Source: Balanoglossus misakiensis
Lineage: Eukaryota > Animalia > Hemichordata
Length of the DNA stretch: 64,000 nucleotides
Direction: 5' to 3'
Assembly: GCA_040954595.2 (NCBI GenBank)
Contig: CM082580.2
Coordinates: 5,508,783-5,572,782, forward strand
Every line of letters starts with the position of its first letter. The stretch's first letter is position 1. The notes under the pieces are model-generated. The model did no database searches. It had not been told where the DNA came from and saw only the letters and a list, made by a program, of their open reading frames with translations. The position numbers and the translations under genes were made by a program. Shown piece by piece: positions 58,634 through 64,000 of this stretch.

Positions 58634-59154
58634 CTGCAACAGAGTCGGCGGAGAAACAGAACGTGTTTAGTATAAAAAATAATATCAAAACGACCACTTT
58701 CATTTTGGTCCCACCATTGTAAAGTCGTTCCAACGCATTGACCGATTTTCCGTGATAAATTGTGCAAAGCAAGAGTAGTGAATTTCAGTCCCAGTAGAAT
58801 TCGATATATCGTGACCACTTCCCTCGACATTATTATGATTAGGCCTATTTAAATTGCGCCAAAATAAGTCAATATGAGGAGTGATACTCTGATCGATATT
58901 GTCAACATCAACTGATCGCGTTCTCCTCCTTTCTCATTTTAAAACATAAAATGCGGTAAATTAGACCAAATTGTTATCTAAACATGCGCATAGTGTTAGA
59001 AATCATCTCCGACTATTCTCTATCCTTCACCATGGAGGGAGCTTCTCTCACAACGGTAAGTGAAGCGCAAGCACGTGTTTGTTGTGACAGGTTTGAATAC
59101 GAAATATGAAGTCGAAGTGTCCAAATACAACCCGGCCACCCATCAATAACTCAC

Positions 59155-59353
59155 CTCTGGTTCTACAAGAATCTGGAATCCGCAGGGCGTCCACCGCCCA
59201 GTGGAAGATCTCCAAGTATCCCTTGCGATACTGCCGACTGAGGGCGCAATACACGAACGGGTTCAGCAGGGCGTTGAGCGTCGTGCTCGAGAAGGCATAC
59301 AAAGCGATGAGTTCGTCGACTCTGAGACCGCACTGTGTCAAAGTTCCGACAAT
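59155..59353 (-). CDS. Rhodopsin-like (class A) GPCR exon: ECL3, TM7, helix 8
   Basis: IVGTLTQCGLRVDELIALYAFSSTTLNALLNPFVYCALSRQYRKGYLEIF with the NPxxY motif; acceptor ctaacag, donor gtgagt; upstream exons not found in the window. Confidence 0.88.
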
Positions 59354-62300
59354 CTGTTAGATGAATAAGCATACGACATTAAATGACAAAAACATCATCA
59401 TAATCATCACCATCATCACCATAGTAATCGAACAGAAATATTCAAATCAGAATAAATGAAGACAGAAAAATATCATTTCCAACTTATAATACACCTGATA
59501 ATTTTGTGCAAAGAACACCCCATAGGCACGCTATTATTTTCAACAATTCTCTTCTACTGACAAAGTCATAGCATGTAATCCTAGCATCTTGTACATATAT
59601 ATCTACACAATTAGTAATATAGTACTCCCATTAAAACCGCTGTGTTTCTCAAATTGGTCTCTCAGTCGACCGCAGGGTTTTATTTTGCAGCGCATGTATG
59701 TAGTCGCCGCAGTCCATTTAGTCCCGCTGTCTATGTCAGTTCCCGCCTTCGCAACAAGGCGGGAACTGCACGTAATGACATCAGTTCAGCAGACGACAAA
59801 AAGATCAAGAGGCCATCGCTGCGTACGACAGCTCGACAGACGTCAAAACGTCGGCGGTTACAGGAATAATATGGCTAATTTTTACTTCATCAAAGGCAGC
59901 CATATTGGTGCCGCTCTCTGTTGCAAAATTCCAGACAAGAACTAAATTGCAATACGAGAAAGAGCTCGACTTTTGCCCCCGTGTACGAGTTGACTTGATT
60001 ATTTTGCAACCGCGTTTAAAATTGCTCATAGTTCGCTTCAATAATATCAATCAGTTTCCAAATTGGTGAAGTCATGATCAGGTGCCCTTGTGCGTTTAAC
60101 AGGAGATCACACGGTGACTTCATTTTATTGAACTTAGGCTTGTCTTTGTTTTATTTATTTAAATATTTGGTTTTTTTTTGTTTGTTTGTTTGTTTGTTTG
60201 TTAATCCTCCTTTTTAAAGAAAATTGATGTTATGTGTTTAAATAGTACGACACAGAAAGAGTTCGACAGATGAGCTCGAGAATAATAAACCAGACTGCTC
60301 TGTAATGCTTCAGTAATGCTTTGATGCAATGGACTGAAAGTGAAAATAGCTGGTAGGACTTCACATCGCAAAAAAGTAAAATAAAACAAAACACAGAAAC
60401 GTCACGGATTTAATCTAAAATATACATCTCATCGTTCACGAGATCTATAATTTAAAAAAAGTGTCGACGTTTAAACGGGCGAAAATAGTCCCTGACGATG
60501 CGGACGTGATGAAGAGTATCAATACATATTCATGTGTACAACTTAAAAGCGTACAACCTAACTGAGAAAGTTCAATCGGCATTTCTGTCACGGTTTGGGC
60601 GCGAATCGAATGACAGAAGAAACACTTGCAGTTTCCGCCATCGGTGGCTTTATCTAAGAATAAAGAGTGTGTTGAGATTCTGGTGAAGTGGTGAATAAGG
60701 AAGCGTGTATATGTATGTTTACATCGCATGTAGCCGTGTACGGTCGCATTAACCGACAATCACTGAAAGATCACACAGGCAGAGCCGCGCATTGTGTGCG
60801 CTCGCCTCACCGGCGGAATTCACTTGATGAAGAAGCTCGTTGGGTGCTGGCGACTGATAGTTCCGAGCCGCGTTGCCTGGCAACCGGAGACAAGTGACAG
60901 AAGCTCGAGAACCTGTGATGAGGTGGCTGTCGTGTTTGACATGTATACTCTAACATTGACAAATATATACATGTATAAATGTATATATGTACACGTATCT
61001 TGCTTTCACGACTCGCAATCCACAACAGAGAAAAGCACATGACCTTATTTGGCAAGGGAAGTAAAGTGATTAGCGCGGTCTTTTGGAAGATAAATGGCGG
61101 ACCCGGAGCGGGCTGCAGTGTACGGAAATTAATAACACGGAGAGAAACAACTCTCTCTACGAAATAACCTCTGAACCTGACCGACTGGATTTATTTGATG
61201 AGAAAAGGGTTTTACCCGGTAGATCCACCTGAATGATGGGTCGGGTCAGGTCAGTCCTGGTTCTAATAAGAGTTCAATTTTACACAATGCTTAAGGAAAA
61301 AAATCCCGTTTGTATTTTATTGGAGATTAAATTAGTCCAGTCACGTATTGCTGATCAGCGTCTCAATCAGATTTTCGGCCGACGTCGCCGCGGAAGCCAG
61401 CTGATGATGCACAGGGAAGCCTCGTACATCAACCAGTCGGCGACCAGAGTGGCGACACTACGGCTTTTTGTCGACGCGAGCAGATGAATCGTCTACGTGA
61501 TTCCGCGTTGAAATATCGATTTCTGTCTTAATGCTGGAAAGTGTCTATGTTAATTTTTCGGGATGGGGGTGCCTATTTATTATATGCTGTTCACAGGTCG
61601 TCAAATCATCAGTAACTAATGCGCTGACTTACTGCTGTTTGACTTGAATTACGTGTGTCTACTACCTTACAGGTTTTAGACATGGACTCCACAGTCCCAT
61701 ATTATCCAACTCATGAATAATGCATGAAGACGCGCCGCGTGAATCAAAGTAGCGACCTTTTTGACCTGTCTCTATTAAAGATATGAGATCTTCCCTTTAA
61801 TCACCTGATAAATTCCGACAGAGGCGGTCAAAATATTGAGATGTTTACCACGCGACGCTTTTCAGTTTTATCACACGCGGTGACTTGTTAAAATTCAGGC
61901 TTCTGTGTATTTCTAGGCGTCTAATGATAACAACTGCTTCAGTCTGTTTTTTCTAACGAGGAGTTTTCCCAAACTGATTTGCGCACGCCGTCAATATTTC
62001 TCCCTTTTCTATCGACTGAAGATAAAAACATTATTGTCATAAAAATTCAATAAAACATCCAATTTATCTTTTTCTGAAGCTTCGTGTACCCTACTAAAGA
62101 GATCGGGGGAAATGCGTTAGAGGTTATGTAATTGATTTTCTGATGATATACGTTATTATGTCTGTACGTCTAGCTCAGGCTGAAATCATTTGAGGATTGA
62201 ATCGCTAAATTAAATATTCTAAGCGTGTACGTCTACAAACAAGCATTTATCACTAAAGCGTAATCTTCGAGTTTTATGTCAATAAAAAAGATAAAATGAA

Positions 62301-64000
62301 ACATGAAGGGTGAGTGAATCTTGTCGTGAATGAATGTATTTTACAAATAAAATTGTTTCGGTTATGAAAGGTCATTACAATTACTCCGACAGGAGGCGCC
62401 TCGCTGCATTCAGTGGTTTCGGTAATAAACATTGGCTCGACACTCGGCAACTATAGTACCCGCATTCGAAAATTCTGGTAATTACTTTTGTGTGGTTTAT
62501 GATGTGAAAATCAACTAACTGCAACATGCAGTTTTGTGGTGTTCGTTAAAAGGTCAACTGAAAGCGCGCGCGCGCGCTAAAAGTCAGCCTCGTCGTGACG
62601 TCGCCCGGACGAACTATAATCCATGAGCTATACTGTGTTATTCTGATATGAAAATTTTAACATGGTTTTATCAGTTTGGCGGATCTCCTCTCGCTGTCTG
62701 CTCAGGCAGCCGCCGGTTGCTTCTTTCCACCAACCCGCTCTCTTCTTCTCGTTCCTGAATATTTATGAGCTGGCAGAGGAAGCATCAGCTATCCAATGTA
62801 TCCCCGAGGGGGGAAATCCGTCTTGCTCACTCGCCTCACGCTTCTCAAGCACAGGCGGTGAGCTTTTGAAGAATCCATCTGGTGTGTTTAGTCATTTACG
62901 CATGATTACCACTAACTGTTGTTGAAATCTGCGACGTGTGTGTGTGCAGTGTATGCGTAAGATGCAGTAAATGGCTGCATTAAAACATCAATCCCGAATT
63001 CGCTGTTAGATTTTGCGGGCAAGGTTCGCGAGTTTCAGGGATGACAGAACACGAGGGGAAAAACAGAACCTTTACGGCAATCTTGCACAGATCGATCAAT
63101 GTGAAAACATGTTCTCCATAACCGCCAGAGCTAACGCCTGTTAAACGCGATCGATGGGGCCGATCTCGTGCATCTCATTCAGGTACCAGACTACTCAAAA
63201 TTTAGAAAATTGCAATTTTCCTAATTTTGTTATATATTGTATATCAACGAATTTTAAATAAAATGGAAGAAAAAAATGGGGTGTTCCCTTCCTAATTTTT
63301 CAGTTAGGGGTCTCAAATTTTGTGGAAAATGTTCAGGAAGTACTTCTATCGTTCTCTTTAAGGTGAAAATATCAGCTCTATCAAAAAATAAGGGTGGCAT
63401 AGCGTTTTCTTTATAACGTTTAATAAAACTCCTCTTTTGGCACCTTTTGTGAAAATTTCAAGAAAATGACAATATTGTAACACTTTTCTCGAAATTCTAC
63501 ACGTATGGCTATGGAATGTGATAAAATGCACTGCATCTGGGTACGGCTGAACACGGGATGACTCTTACCCTGTTTTACAAAATGCCATCGAACGAAAATA
63601 ACACTACTACTGGGGGACTCATGCAAGACGCGATAACGCCTAAGCATGATCGACATCGCAATTATAGGCGGTTTCCATGGCCACGCGCAAACAGATGATC
63701 GGTTCGATAGCCTGATTGATACGGATATTTCACTTTTAGTGTAATCAAAGCGGGGTTTCTCAAAAGAAACGATAACGCGCACTTCAGCAAAAAACCTGAA
63801 GTCTGATAAACCACCTCGGGCATTTTTTTTTAATATTGCCGTCAGTGGAAATACAATGTCCGGGAAATTAGGAACTTACTGGAATAGGCCTATAGTAGTA
63901 TGGGTTTTTTTTTTAAAAACAATATTCTTATAGTATATTCTGAAGTGCAAAAGTACAAACAACTGTCCACCAGATTACCCACAGTTCACTTGTACTGAGA

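Noticed and set aside
60811-60912. Exon-like minus-strand segment as a GPCR exon
   Set aside because: The phase-0 frame needed to join the TM7 exon contains a stop, and the segment has no TM character
61365-61490. Minus-strand LCIISWLP resembling the GPCR TM6 CWxP motif
   Set aside because: No phase-0 donor follows it, and the frame runs into RRRRPKI and a stop

Overview
Eukaryotic (animal) genomic DNA, probably an invertebrate deuterostome; the taxon is inferred from gene content and repeat style, not demonstrated. The window is dominated by one 29-exon plus-strand gene (about 12048-57252, 1420 aa by my manual splice). It encodes a DEG/ENaC (ASIC/degenerin-family) channel whose extracellular finger region carries a 764-aa cassette of 9 LDL-receptor class A repeats and 3 CUB domains built from phase-1 exon modules. 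Intron 2 holds an apparently intact, very young 6083-bp BEL/Pao LTR retrotransposon with non-canonical TA...CA ends, plus a Harbinger-type MITE next to a splice acceptor. Intron 19 holds a 17.5-kb array of an 88-bp satellite embedded in a (TATG)n tract and ending in an inverted copy. To the left are four small exons of a divergently transcribed signal-peptide, Cys-rich gene that the ORF track misses, and a solo LTR. To the right are the last two exons of a convergent class A GPCR. All coordinates and translations were read by eye; no database searches were run.
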